Of a stretch of 64,000 nucleotides of DNA, positions 38,578 to 47,064 are shown piece by piece. Below the pieces are notes generated by a model. The model did no database searches and was not told the DNA's origin. It saw only the letters and a list, made by a program, of their open reading frames with translations. The position numbers and the translations under genes are program-made. This stretch comes from Planctomycetota bacterium (lineage in GTDB: Bacteria; Planctomycetota; UBA8108; SXIK01). Position 1 is the first letter of the stretch, and each line of letters begins with the position of its first letter. The stretch is taken from NCBI GenBank assembly GCA_965223265.1, contig OZ244999.1:6912001-6976000 (forward strand). Reading direction: 5' to 3'.

Positions 38578-40176
38578 ATGAGCGAACAGACCGACACAAC
38601 GCGAGCAGACCCAGGTGCCAAGAAGTCCAGCGCGACTTCAAACATCCGACTCCTGTTGCGCGGCGTTCTTTCCAACTGGTGCTTCACGGCGCTGTCGGTG
38701 CTATACGCCCTTTTCATCACGCCGATCGTTGTGCGGACGCTGGAGAACGAGCTCTACGGAATTTGGAGCTTCCTGAACGGGCTGACCGCCTACTCCAATC
38801 TTCTCTATCTCGGCCTCGGCTCCGCGATCGTCAAATACGTGGCACGCTATCGCGCCGAGGACCGTCCTGAAGCCATCGGCCGGCTCGTCTCGGTCGTGCT
38901 CACGATCTACACTGTGCTTGGAGTGATCAGTCTCGCAGCATCTCTCCTTCTCGTACCGTTTCTCGGCGACCTGTTGACGATTTCGCAGGGAGAAACTCTC
39001 CGCGTGGCGGGACTCTCTTGCGCACTTCTGGGTGTCCAGCTCCTGCTCACGTTTCTCACGAGTGTCTTCGTCGGTACCCTTCAAGGACACGATCGATTCG
39101 ACCTGGCGCAGGGTGCCCAGATTCTTCTCCTCGTGGCTCGCTTTGTCCTTGTCTACTTCTTCGTCGGTTACGGCAACCCGCTCGTGACGCTGGCGCTGAT
39201 CACCGTCGTGACGACTGCCGCGGGGACCGTTCTCCTCTGGGCCGTCGCCGCGCACAAACGACCGTGGATCAAGCCGCGTCTGACGATTCCGACGCGAAGC
39301 GAGCTCTCGGAGCTCTACTCGTTCTCGCTGCAGGCGTTCCTATTGACGCTGGCGTTTCAGATGATCAATCACACCGATACAACTGTGATCGGCATCCTCT
39401 TCGGCGCCGCGAGTGTGACGCTGTACGCTCTGCCACAGCAATTGATCGCCTATGCGCGCGTCGCCGTCGGTGGCTTCACATCGGTGTTCCTTCCAAGCCT
39501 TACCGTCCGCCATCAAAACAACGACGTTGCCGGCCTCCGCACCGCCTATCTGGCGACGGGTCGACTCGCCTGCCTCATCTCCGCGTTCTTGATCGGAAAT
39601 CTCGTGCTGCTCGGAGCGCCGTTCCTTCGCCTCTGGGTCGGTGAAGAGTTCGGCGGCTCGGAGGCTCGATGGATCGTGCTTCTACTTGGAACCGCAGCAG
39701 TCCTGCAAGTGGTGACGATCCAGGTACCGTTCGCGTTCTACCAGGCTATGGGGCGCATGCGAGTCCCATCGCTTGTTCTCTTCGGCGAAGCGTTCATCAA
39801 CATCGCTCTCAGCGTCGTGTTGGGCCGCGCCTACGGCTTGATCGGAGTCGCGGTGGCAACAGTTGTCCCCGCACTCCTGCTCAGCGTAGTCGCACTGCCG
39901 GCCTATCTGTGCCGGCTGCTTGAGCTACCAATGATGACCGCGTTTCGCCGGATCGCCGTGCCGGCGTTGGTGCTGGCCTTCGCACTCGCGCTGCTTCACA
40001 CATTCGTCACACCGGCGCTCGGATCGACGAGCTTCTTCCGGCTTGGCCTCCGTTTCCTCTGCAGCGTACCGGTCAGCGCATGCGTCCTGATCGTTCTCCT
40101 GACGCCTGAGGAAAAGACCCGCCTCCTGACGTTTCTTACACGTCGACGAAGAGAGCGCGTGCGCCAACCTGCATGA
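38578..40176 (+). CDS. Wzx-like oligosaccharide flippase (MOP superfamily)
   Basis: About 14 TM segments; ITPIVVRTL...YGIWS...LGLGSAIVKYVA; DTTVIG; NIALSVVL...YGLIGVAVAT. Confidence 0.88.
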   Translation: MSEQTDTTRADPGAKKSSATSNIRLLLRGVLSNWCFTALSVLYALFITPIVVRTLENELYGIWSFLNGLTAYSNLLYLGLGSAIVKYVARYRAEDRPEAIGRLVSVVLTIYTVLGVISLAASLLLVPFLGDLLTISQGETLRVAGLSCALLGVQLLLTFLTSVFVGTLQGHDRFDLAQGAQILLLVARFVLVYFFVGYGNPLVTLALITVVTTAAGTVLLWAVAAHKRPWIKPRLTIPTRSELSELYSFSLQAFLLTLAFQMINHTDTTVIGILFGAASVTLYALPQQLIAYARVAVGGFTSVFLPSLTVRHQNNDVAGLRTAYLATGRLACLISAFLIGNLVLLGAPFLRLWVGEEFGGSEARWIVLLLGTAAVLQVVTIQVPFAFYQAMGRMRVPSLVLFGEAFINIALSVVLGRAYGLIGVAVATVVPALLLSVVALPAYLCRLLELPMMTAFRRIAVPALVLAFALALLHTFVTPALGSTSFFRLGLRFLCSVPVSACVLIVLLTPEEKTRLLTFLTRRRRERVRQPA

Positions 40177-40228
40177 TCGGCTCGCGACGAGGGTGAACGG
40201 CGAAACTTCGGTCAACGCAGCGAGCAGG

Positions 40229-41440
40229 CTAGTAATCCGCGACCGATCCGTCCGGTAGGCGCTCGCGCCGCCAATCGAACTGCATCGGCGGATTCTTAGC
40301 GACGCGCATCAGCTCCTTCTCGTCCACCTCGACGCCGAGACCTGGGCCTTCCGGCAACGACGCGTAGCCGTCCTTCTTCGACCATGTGCGCCGCGCGATG
40401 CGGCCGAGCACGTCGTTATCGTAGGTCTCATGAATCAGGAAGAACGGGATCGACGCGGCGACATGAAAGCTTGCGGTTGTGCCAAGGTAGGACTGCGTGC
40501 AGTGAGGAGCCAACGGAATGAAGTAAGTTTCAGCGAGCGTCGCGATCTTCTTCATTTGACTCATTCCGCCCGTGTAGCCGCTGTCGGGCTGAAGCACGTC
40601 GACAGCTTGTTCCGTCAAATACGGCATCACTTCCCAGATCGTCCTGACACGCTCCCCGGTCGCAAGAGGCACGCGAATCTCATCGCGCAGTTTTTTGAAG
40701 ACATGCACGTTGCCCGGGACTGAAGGCTCTTCGATGAAGAGAAGGTCGTACGCTTCGATCGACGCCGCAAACTGCTGCACGAGCGCTACCGGGAGCGCGC
40801 TGTGGGCGTCGAACATCACCGTCCCGTCGCGTCCCACGCTCTCGCGGGCGCGTCGCACCTGCTCGACGAGACTGTCGATGTCCACCGGATCGCCAACATG
40901 GCGCTTCTGACCGGTCCCCAGCTTGACGGCCTTCGCGCTCGGGTAAATCCGGAGCTTGTCCCGCGTCGGCCCGCCCAGAAGACGGTAGACCGGGACCTTC
41001 CAAAGCTTGCCTGCGATGTCCCACAGCGCCATATCGATTCCAGATATGCAGTGGAGCATGAACGGACCACCGCGATGGTTTCGATGGGCCCGATAGAGCA
41101 CCTGCCACAGATGCTCAATGCGCGTCGGGTTCTCACCGACAAGCAGCTTCGCCATCTCGTGAAGAAGCGCCTTCGCGACTTTCGGCCAGACCCCTTTCAC
41201 CTCTCCCCAACCGAAGACGCCGTGATTGGTCTCCACCTTGAGGTAAACGCGGTCGCCACAGACTGTCGGGATCAAACGCTGGATCCGTATGGATGCACCA
41301 GTGTCCGTAACGTCCGCCACCGCCTCTTCGGCCGCGGAGAGGCCGCGTTCGAAGAGCGCAAGTCCGGCGGCTGCTCCGAGCGAACCGATAACCTCACGAC
41401 GGCTTAAACCCCGGGTGGTAAGCGGATCAGTCGACATCAT
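40229..41440 (-). CDS. Mandelate racemase/galactonate dehydratase-like enolase superfamily protein with Tat signal
   Basis: SRREVIG Tat motif, GWGE, SGIDMALWDIAGK, MFDAH, FIEEP, ATGER, APH, PGLGVE. Confidence 0.9.
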   Translation of the reverse strand: MMSTDPLTTRGLSRREVIGSLGAAAGLALFERGLSAAEEAVADVTDTGASIRIQRLIPTVCGDRVYLKVETNHGVFGWGEVKGVWPKVAKALLHEMAKLLVGENPTRIEHLWQVLYRAHRNHRGGPFMLHCISGIDMALWDIAGKLWKVPVYRLLGGPTRDKLRIYPSAKAVKLGTGQKRHVGDPVDIDSLVEQVRRARESVGRDGTVMFDAHSALPVALVQQFAASIEAYDLLFIEEPSVPGNVHVFKKLRDEIRVPLATGERVRTIWEVMPYLTEQAVDVLQPDSGYTGGMSQMKKIATLAETYFIPLAPHCTQSYLGTTASFHVAASIPFFLIHETYDNDVLGRIARRTWSKKDGYASLPEGPGLGVEVDEKELMRVAKNPPMQFDWRRERLPDGSVADY

Positions 41441-41640
41441 GCCACTCCTGTTGTCGTCTCATTGGTGTTGCCGGGATGGCCGGCAGGCAGTCACGCCACT
41501 TCGGGCGTATGGCTCCACATTAACCTGAAACGTCGCACGGGCCTACACCGCAGGCAGCGATTCGAAACCGCATGGAACTCTTGCTCCGTCCTGCCGCTCT
41601 CTTTTTCCTACTGTCCTCTCGAGATCGCTCGGCGCCCGCT

Positions 41641-41804
41641 TTAACAGCCCGTTCAGGTCGTCATTCGACCGAGAAACTGACGCCTTCACTCCCACCTCGA
41701 CCGCACTGACACTCGCCGTAACATCTCATCTGAGATTACCTGCGTGTGCAACGGCCGACCGCGCCAGTTTTCGGCTCGAAGCACTTTTTCAGGCAGGCTG
41801 TTAA
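41641..41804. mobile_element. Putative MITE-like insertion (about 156 bp) with TTAA target duplication
   Basis: TTAA-CAGCCCGTT...TTTTTCAGGCAGGCTG-TTAA. Removing the element restores the near-perfect palindrome GGCGCCCGCTTTAAC-TCGAG-GTTAAGCGGGCGCC. Confidence 0.5.
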
Positions 41805-42022
41805 CTCGAGGTTAAGCGGGCGCCCCACCTCGCCGTAGACCGAACGAACGAGGGCGAAGCTCGATAACGGCCCGCCAGTCGAAAAAGCTAAAGTCCTCCC
41901 GTCCGCCGACCAATATCTAAACATAGCTGCCAGGAGAGTTCGACTGCGTCGAGCCGCTGCAAGTGGGCTGGAGCAGCGTTTGGAAAAGACCCGTAAGGAA
42001 AACGCAGAGGAGCGATTTCGAG

Positions 42023-42724
42023 ATGAGCTCTGATCAGACGACATCCGGTGTACTGACACGCGTGGCGCAGCTCGACGTCGCGCTCAAGGCCGAGTTGTCC
42101 TCGCGCGCCCGAGCAATCAGAACGGCACGAACTGTGTCGATCGTTCTCAGTGGCACGATTCTCTTTTTCGTCGCCGTCAACTTCGCCCATTTGCGATCGA
42201 GTCTGACTGAAGAGAATTTCAAAGTCAGTATCGAGAACGAGATGCGGGAGTTCAGCCCCTTCGCGCTGCACGAAGTCTCCGGCTTAGCCGAAGCACTATT
42301 GCCGGTCTACGCCCAGGAGAGTCAAAAACAACTCGCGGCCATGCTGCCTGAAATCGCCGCCACCGTCGAGAGGGAGATCGACCTGCTGTGTAACGATGTG
42401 TTGAGCACGACACAGACACGTCTCCAGCAGAGCCAGGATCGAATCGTTGCTAAGACGCAAGAAGCAACGTTCGCAGCTTATCCTTCACTCAAAGATGAAG
42501 CTGAACGGACAAAGCTCGAAAGGCGCCTGCGTGAGATAACAGATCGGGCCGCACTACGATCGATTACCGAATTCGATCGTCTCTTCTCTAAAGACGTCGA
42601 CGAGGTCAGACGGATGCTCCTCGAGTTCGACGTCAGCGACACCAACGAAACAGCGTTTGATCTGCGGAAAAAATTTCTCAGACTCACCCTGCAACTCCTC
42701 GATCAGGAGATCGAAGAACTATGA
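42023..42724 (+). CDS. Hypothetical single-pass membrane, alpha-helical protein A
   Basis: GAGGAG RBS, one TM segment near the N-terminus, charged helical remainder; ATGA overlap with the next gene. Confidence 0.75.
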   Translation: MSSDQTTSGVLTRVAQLDVALKAELSSRARAIRTARTVSIVLSGTILFFVAVNFAHLRSSLTEENFKVSIENEMREFSPFALHEVSGLAEALLPVYAQESQKQLAAMLPEIAATVEREIDLLCNDVLSTTQTRLQQSQDRIVAKTQEATFAAYPSLKDEAERTKLERRLREITDRAALRSITEFDRLFSKDVDEVRRMLLEFDVSDTNETAFDLRKKFLRLTLQLLDQEIEEL

Positions 42725-43440
42725 AATCCTCTTCGAACCAACCCGACCAATACGTCGGAGTCATCACTCGCCTAGAGACCCTACGCGAAGAGATCGAGAG
42801 CTCGACAGGCAGAAACCGCAGAAGGCAGCGGGCTTTCCTGATCGCCGGCGTAGTACTGATCGCACTGTCAATGGTCGGACTCGGCAGTTTGACCTCGAAG
42901 ACTATGCAGCTCGACGCTCACGCTGTCGCTCAGCTCGGACGACAGCAACTCGAGCTTCACATGCCAGGCGAAGTGGACAGTCTCGAACGGTATCTAGCTT
43001 CAAACGCACCGACCCTTGTCTCGAGCTTCTTTCGCTCCGCGCTACGACTCGTGCCACAGCTCCGCACCTCGCTCGTCCGTGATCTGGACGAGCGCAGCGA
43101 GAAGCTCACAGCGGTGTACGAAGCAAAGTTCGAAAAACTGATGCTCGACGTCGTGCAGCAAAGCAAAGCGACCGTCGACGCTCTCGGCGCGGACCGTACC
43201 GACGCCGAAAAGTTGGAGATGCTCGTCGCTCATGTGGGCGAAGAATTCCGCAAAGCCTCTACAGTCGCCTTCAATGAGCTCTACCCGGAGTACACGCGCG
43301 AGTTCGATCGCGTCAAGGAGTTCCTGCGTGGACTTCAGAACAAGGACGTCAACGAGCTGAGCAAGCGAGAGCGGCTCCAAAAGGAACTCATCGAGACGCT
43401 GCTGCGCCTGATGATCGTCGAGGGTGTGAAGACGCACTAA
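42721..43440 (+). CDS. Hypothetical single-pass membrane, alpha-helical protein B
   Basis: Same layout and similar length as protein A; translationally coupled to it. Confidence 0.75.
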   Translation: MKSSSNQPDQYVGVITRLETLREEIESSTGRNRRRQRAFLIAGVVLIALSMVGLGSLTSKTMQLDAHAVAQLGRQQLELHMPGEVDSLERYLASNAPTLVSSFFRSALRLVPQLRTSLVRDLDERSEKLTAVYEAKFEKLMLDVVQQSKATVDALGADRTDAEKLEMLVAHVGEEFRKASTVAFNELYPEYTREFDRVKEFLRGLQNKDVNELSKRERLQKELIETLLRLMIVEGVKTH

Positions 43441-43571
43441 AGAGACCACGCCCGCACGCAAGGCGACGAACGGCAGCGGCGCCGAATAGCGCCACCGCTG
43501 TTCGCCGTTCTTCGTTCCGGCGAAGGGCGAAAGAACCGAACGTAAATCTTGCACCTCCGCCCGCACCGGAC

Positions 43572-43599
43572 TTGGCGCCGAACTGCGGCGTGCTACAAT
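43572..43599 (+). promoter_or_regulatory. Possible sigma70 extended -10 promoter for the CotH-dockerin gene
   Basis: TTGGCG, 16-bp spacer ending TGC, then TACAAT. Confidence 0.4.
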
Positions 43600-43771
43600 T
43601 GACGCTCGGGTCCGACTAGGCGCGCTGTTCTCTACAAACGATTGGTCTGTTGAAGACCTGAGCTCGAACATCGCCGTTCGAGTGGTGACAGCGCCGCCAG
43701 GGCGGGCAACTTGACGCAGTTTTTCGGGTCGCCTCCTTCCTCCGAAGACATTCTTCGCATCACTCTATCGC

Positions 43772-46015
43772 ATGACAGCGCGTGCAGTTCGCTCACGGCG
43801 ATTCCTTCACCAATGCTTCTGGGTCTCCCTGACCGTTGTCTTGGTAGCGACATCATCCCTACGCGCTGACTTCCTGCGCGGTGACGTTGACCAAGATGGG
43901 CGAATCAGCGTCGGTGATGCGGTCGCCACGATTCTCTACCTCTTCGATGCCCGGACTGCACCGACCTGCGAGGATGCTGCCGACTCGAACGACGACGGCA
44001 TCATCGATTTGACCGATCCTTTGTTTGTCTTGCGCGGTCTGTTTTCGTCGCCAAGCGACGGTATCTCGCCCTTTCTCTTCGGACCCGATCTCACGTGTGA
44101 CGAACTTGGATGCGCCAGCGCCCCGAGCGGATCAGCAGCCATCGTGATCAACGAAATCCAGTACAACCCGAACGGTGTCAATCTCTTTCCACCGCCCGGA
44201 GAGAACGCTGAATTCGTCGAACTTTTCAATCGGAGTAACCTCGCCGCTGACCTCAGCGAATACAGCTTCACTGAAGGGATTCGTTTCACTTTCCCTAGCG
44301 GTCAAACCCTCGGGCCAGGTGAATTCTTGGTGCTCGCCAAGGATCCGGAAGACCGTTTCTGGCGTGGCCACGACCTCCCCCGAGTCGGGCCGTACGAAGG
44401 CACACTCGCCAACGGTGGTGAGCGCTTGACTCTCGTGCAGGGCGATTGCGTCGTCGAGACGCTGCGCTACGACGACCGACCACCGTGGCCGATCGGCGCC
44501 GACGGATACGGCCGTTCTCTCGAGCGTGTCGCAACTGAGGTTCCCGGCGAGGACTTTCACGCCTGGCGCACTTCGATCATCAACGGGGGCACACCCGGTG
44601 AACCCAACTCGACAGCGGGGACCCCGGCGCGACCGCTCATCTCCGGAGTCTCGATCACACCGAGACGACCGACCTCGTCCGAACCGGTGACCGTGCGGGT
44701 GCAACTCGACGTCGGCCGTGAGGAAGTGCGAAGTGTCACCATACGCTGGACCGCATGGCGCGCCGAGGAAAGTCTGCTCTCGACTGCGGCGATGCACGAA
44801 GTGGGGGCGCAAGTCGGCATGACGGAGTACGAAGCCGTGTTGCCTCCACAGCCCAACGAGTCCATGGTACGGTTCAACCTCGACGTTGAGACGGCCGCAG
44901 GCGTGAGCGTCCTGCTACCGCCACCAAGCGATCAACATCCGCTGCTCAGCTACTTCGTCTACGACGGCACGGTCACGACGAATCTCCGCGCAATCTGGCT
45001 GTTCGGACCGGATAGCTCCATGCTGCTCCCGAACAGCGAGCGCGACTACAGCGGTGCGGTCATTCAGGCACCGGGAAGCCCTCCCGAAAACTTCGACGGA
45101 GCTCTCGTCCGCCGCTCGGGTAACGGAAAGAAGGTTACATTCCTCAAGGGCGCCGAATACCAGGGCAACCGAACGATCAACATCATCCTCGAGAGTACGA
45201 CCGAGGCTGAATTCCTTGGCTTCTCCCTCTATCACGCAGCCCAAGCCTTAGCGCCGTGGGTTGACTGGTTTCGCGTCATCGACCGCAGCGCGCGCCGCGA
45301 CCAAAACTTTCCGCGCCTGGTGATCGAACAGGTCAACGAGAGTTTTCTGCGGCGTAGCGGACTCGACGACGATGGTGATCTCTACAAGCTAGACAAGGGG
45401 AGCTTCTCGAAAAAAACAAACTTCGAAACTCGTAACTCTTCGTTGAACGAACTTCTGGATGGCCTGCGATCATCGGATCCCGCTGTCGTACGCCAGACGG
45501 TACTCTCTCGCCTCGATCTCGACGACGTCGCGCTCGTTTCGGCGATCGGTGTATTCATGAGCAACTGGGACGGATTCGACAACAATCAGTTCCTCTACTG
45601 GGATCTCGATCCGATCTCACGCTGGCGTTTGATTCCATGGGATCTCGACGGCGGTTTCGGCTGCGCCGATTTTCCGCTCTCCTACCCACTCGACGCCGTG
45701 CCGGGAACAGGATGCGAGTCCCGACCTCTCGGCCCGATCATCTTTCCTTTTCACACGCAGCCTGACCTGCACGCCGGCTACGTCGACTTGCTCGGCCGTC
45801 TGATCGCCGCCGACGGTCCGCTGCACGTGTCGCGCCTCTTAGCGATCGTCGACGACGCAGCGACAGCTCTGCGGGAAGATGTGCTGCTGATCCCAGAGGC
45901 TGAGCTGCGCGGCCCACGCGACATCATTCTGAGCGGCTTTGAGCAGTCATTTGACGCTTTGCGCCGCTTTCTTCCCGCGCGCGCCGCGTTTCTCGAGGAT
46001 GCAACAGCGCGCTGA
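43772..46015 (+). CDS. Secreted dockerin-like + lamin-tail domain + CotH kinase protein
   Basis: Signal peptide; FLRGDVDQDG...CEDAADSNDDG; IVINEIQYNP...EFVELFNRS...GGTPGEPNS (lamin tail); EQVNESFL...GDLYK, NWDGFDNNQFLY...WRLIPWDLD (CotH). Confidence 0.85.
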   Translation: MTARAVRSRRFLHQCFWVSLTVVLVATSSLRADFLRGDVDQDGRISVGDAVATILYLFDARTAPTCEDAADSNDDGIIDLTDPLFVLRGLFSSPSDGISPFLFGPDLTCDELGCASAPSGSAAIVINEIQYNPNGVNLFPPPGENAEFVELFNRSNLAADLSEYSFTEGIRFTFPSGQTLGPGEFLVLAKDPEDRFWRGHDLPRVGPYEGTLANGGERLTLVQGDCVVETLRYDDRPPWPIGADGYGRSLERVATEVPGEDFHAWRTSIINGGTPGEPNSTAGTPARPLISGVSITPRRPTSSEPVTVRVQLDVGREEVRSVTIRWTAWRAEESLLSTAAMHEVGAQVGMTEYEAVLPPQPNESMVRFNLDVETAAGVSVLLPPPSDQHPLLSYFVYDGTVTTNLRAIWLFGPDSSMLLPNSERDYSGAVIQAPGSPPENFDGALVRRSGNGKKVTFLKGAEYQGNRTINIILESTTEAEFLGFSLYHAAQALAPWVDWFRVIDRSARRDQNFPRLVIEQVNESFLRRSGLDDDGDLYKLDKGSFSKKTNFETRNSSLNELLDGLRSSDPAVVRQTVLSRLDLDDVALVSAIGVFMSNWDGFDNNQFLYWDLDPISRWRLIPWDLDGGFGCADFPLSYPLDAVPGTGCESRPLGPIIFPFHTQPDLHAGYVDLLGRLIAADGPLHVSRLLAIVDDAATALREDVLLIPEAELRGPRDIILSGFEQSFDALRRFLPARAAFLEDATAR

Positions 46016-46051
46016 AAGGACACTCACGACGCGCTCGGCGACGCCCCCCCC

Positions 46052-46762
46052 TCACTTTGCCGAACGGAACGTTCCTCGATGAGTGCGGGCCAGATCGCGC
46101 ATGAATTCCACGTCGCCGCCCTGTTGCTTCTCTCCGACGAGAATGGTGTGGAGCCGCATGCGCCCGCCTGGGTTGGCCACTCGCGTGCGCTGCAGCATCC
46201 CCCGCATAACTCCTTCCCGGTTCATCTCCGGTGCCCCACATTGTGTCGGCCGTCCATCGCCAGCTACGATGACGGCGCGGTGGGAACGCGCTGACTTGCT
46301 CAGAATCTTGAACGACTTCATAACGGCACGTTCCATGCAAGTTTGCCGGTCGAGATCGTGCGAGTTCAGGAACGCGACAGCCGCTTGTTTGTTCTCGGTG
46401 CTGGCCCGAACAAGGACTGAGCGAAAGGCAGCAACGCTCCCATGGTAGAGAACAAGACCAAACTCGGCGCCTTGACTCAGCTCATTGATCGCTTGCGTCA
46501 CCTCGCGTTTCTGAACTTCCCAGCGGTTTGCTTTCTTCATGCTGTTCGAAGCGTCGAGGCAGAAGACGACCGCGTTCGCCTTGTAGCTCTCACCGTAGAA
46601 CGTGATGACCTCGACGATCTCTTCGTCCTCCTCCCCGGAGGCGGCACCGGCGTTGTAAGGCAAGTCGAGGTTAGAGCGCAGACCGGTTTCGCCGGTGAGT
46701 GACGCCGGCTCTGCGAAGAGCAGGAACAGAAAAAAGGGCGAAAGAGCGATGACACGCTTCAT
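46052..46762 (-). CDS. Secreted VWA domain protein
   Basis: AGGAG RBS, signal peptide, MIDAS motif VFCLDASNSM, AGDGRP, FMRDLARTHRGTF. Confidence 0.85.
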   Translation of the reverse strand: MKRVIALSPFFLFLLFAEPASLTGETGLRSNLDLPYNAGAASGEEDEEIVEVITFYGESYKANAVVFCLDASNSMKKANRWEVQKREVTQAINELSQGAEFGLVLYHGSVAAFRSVLVRASTENKQAAVAFLNSHDLDRQTCMERAVMKSFKILSKSARSHRAVIVAGDGRPTQCGAPEMNREGVMRGMLQRTRVANPGGRMRLHTILVGEKQQGGDVEFMRDLARTHRGTFRSAK

Positions 46763-46985
46763 ACCGGCTGCTCCTGAAGGACGAAGGAGACATGAGCGGG
46801 GCGGTCGCTTCACACGGTACCTCCCTCACGCCCGCGCATCCACTCGGGAGCTCCCGACTCCAAATCGCACGACGGGAACCGCTGCTCTGCCGAGCACTGC
46901 CAAATTGACAGTCGATGGCCAGGTCGGCAGACAGATGGGGCATACAGATAAGACATAAAGATATGTTATAAATGTATTTAGGTAT

Positions 46986-47003
46986 TTGGCACAGGGAGTG
47001 CAT
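46986..47003 (+). promoter_or_regulatory. Sigma54 (-24/-12) promoter upstream of lon
   Basis: TTGGCACAGGGAGTGCAT has GG-N10-GC spacing and the TGGCAC consensus; it follows an AT-rich tract (about 46945-46985). Confidence 0.65.
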
Positions 47004-47064
47004 TAAGAAGCAGAGAAGAAGTGTGAAGACCCCCCTCCAGCAACCTCGAGAGAGGTGACCCAAC

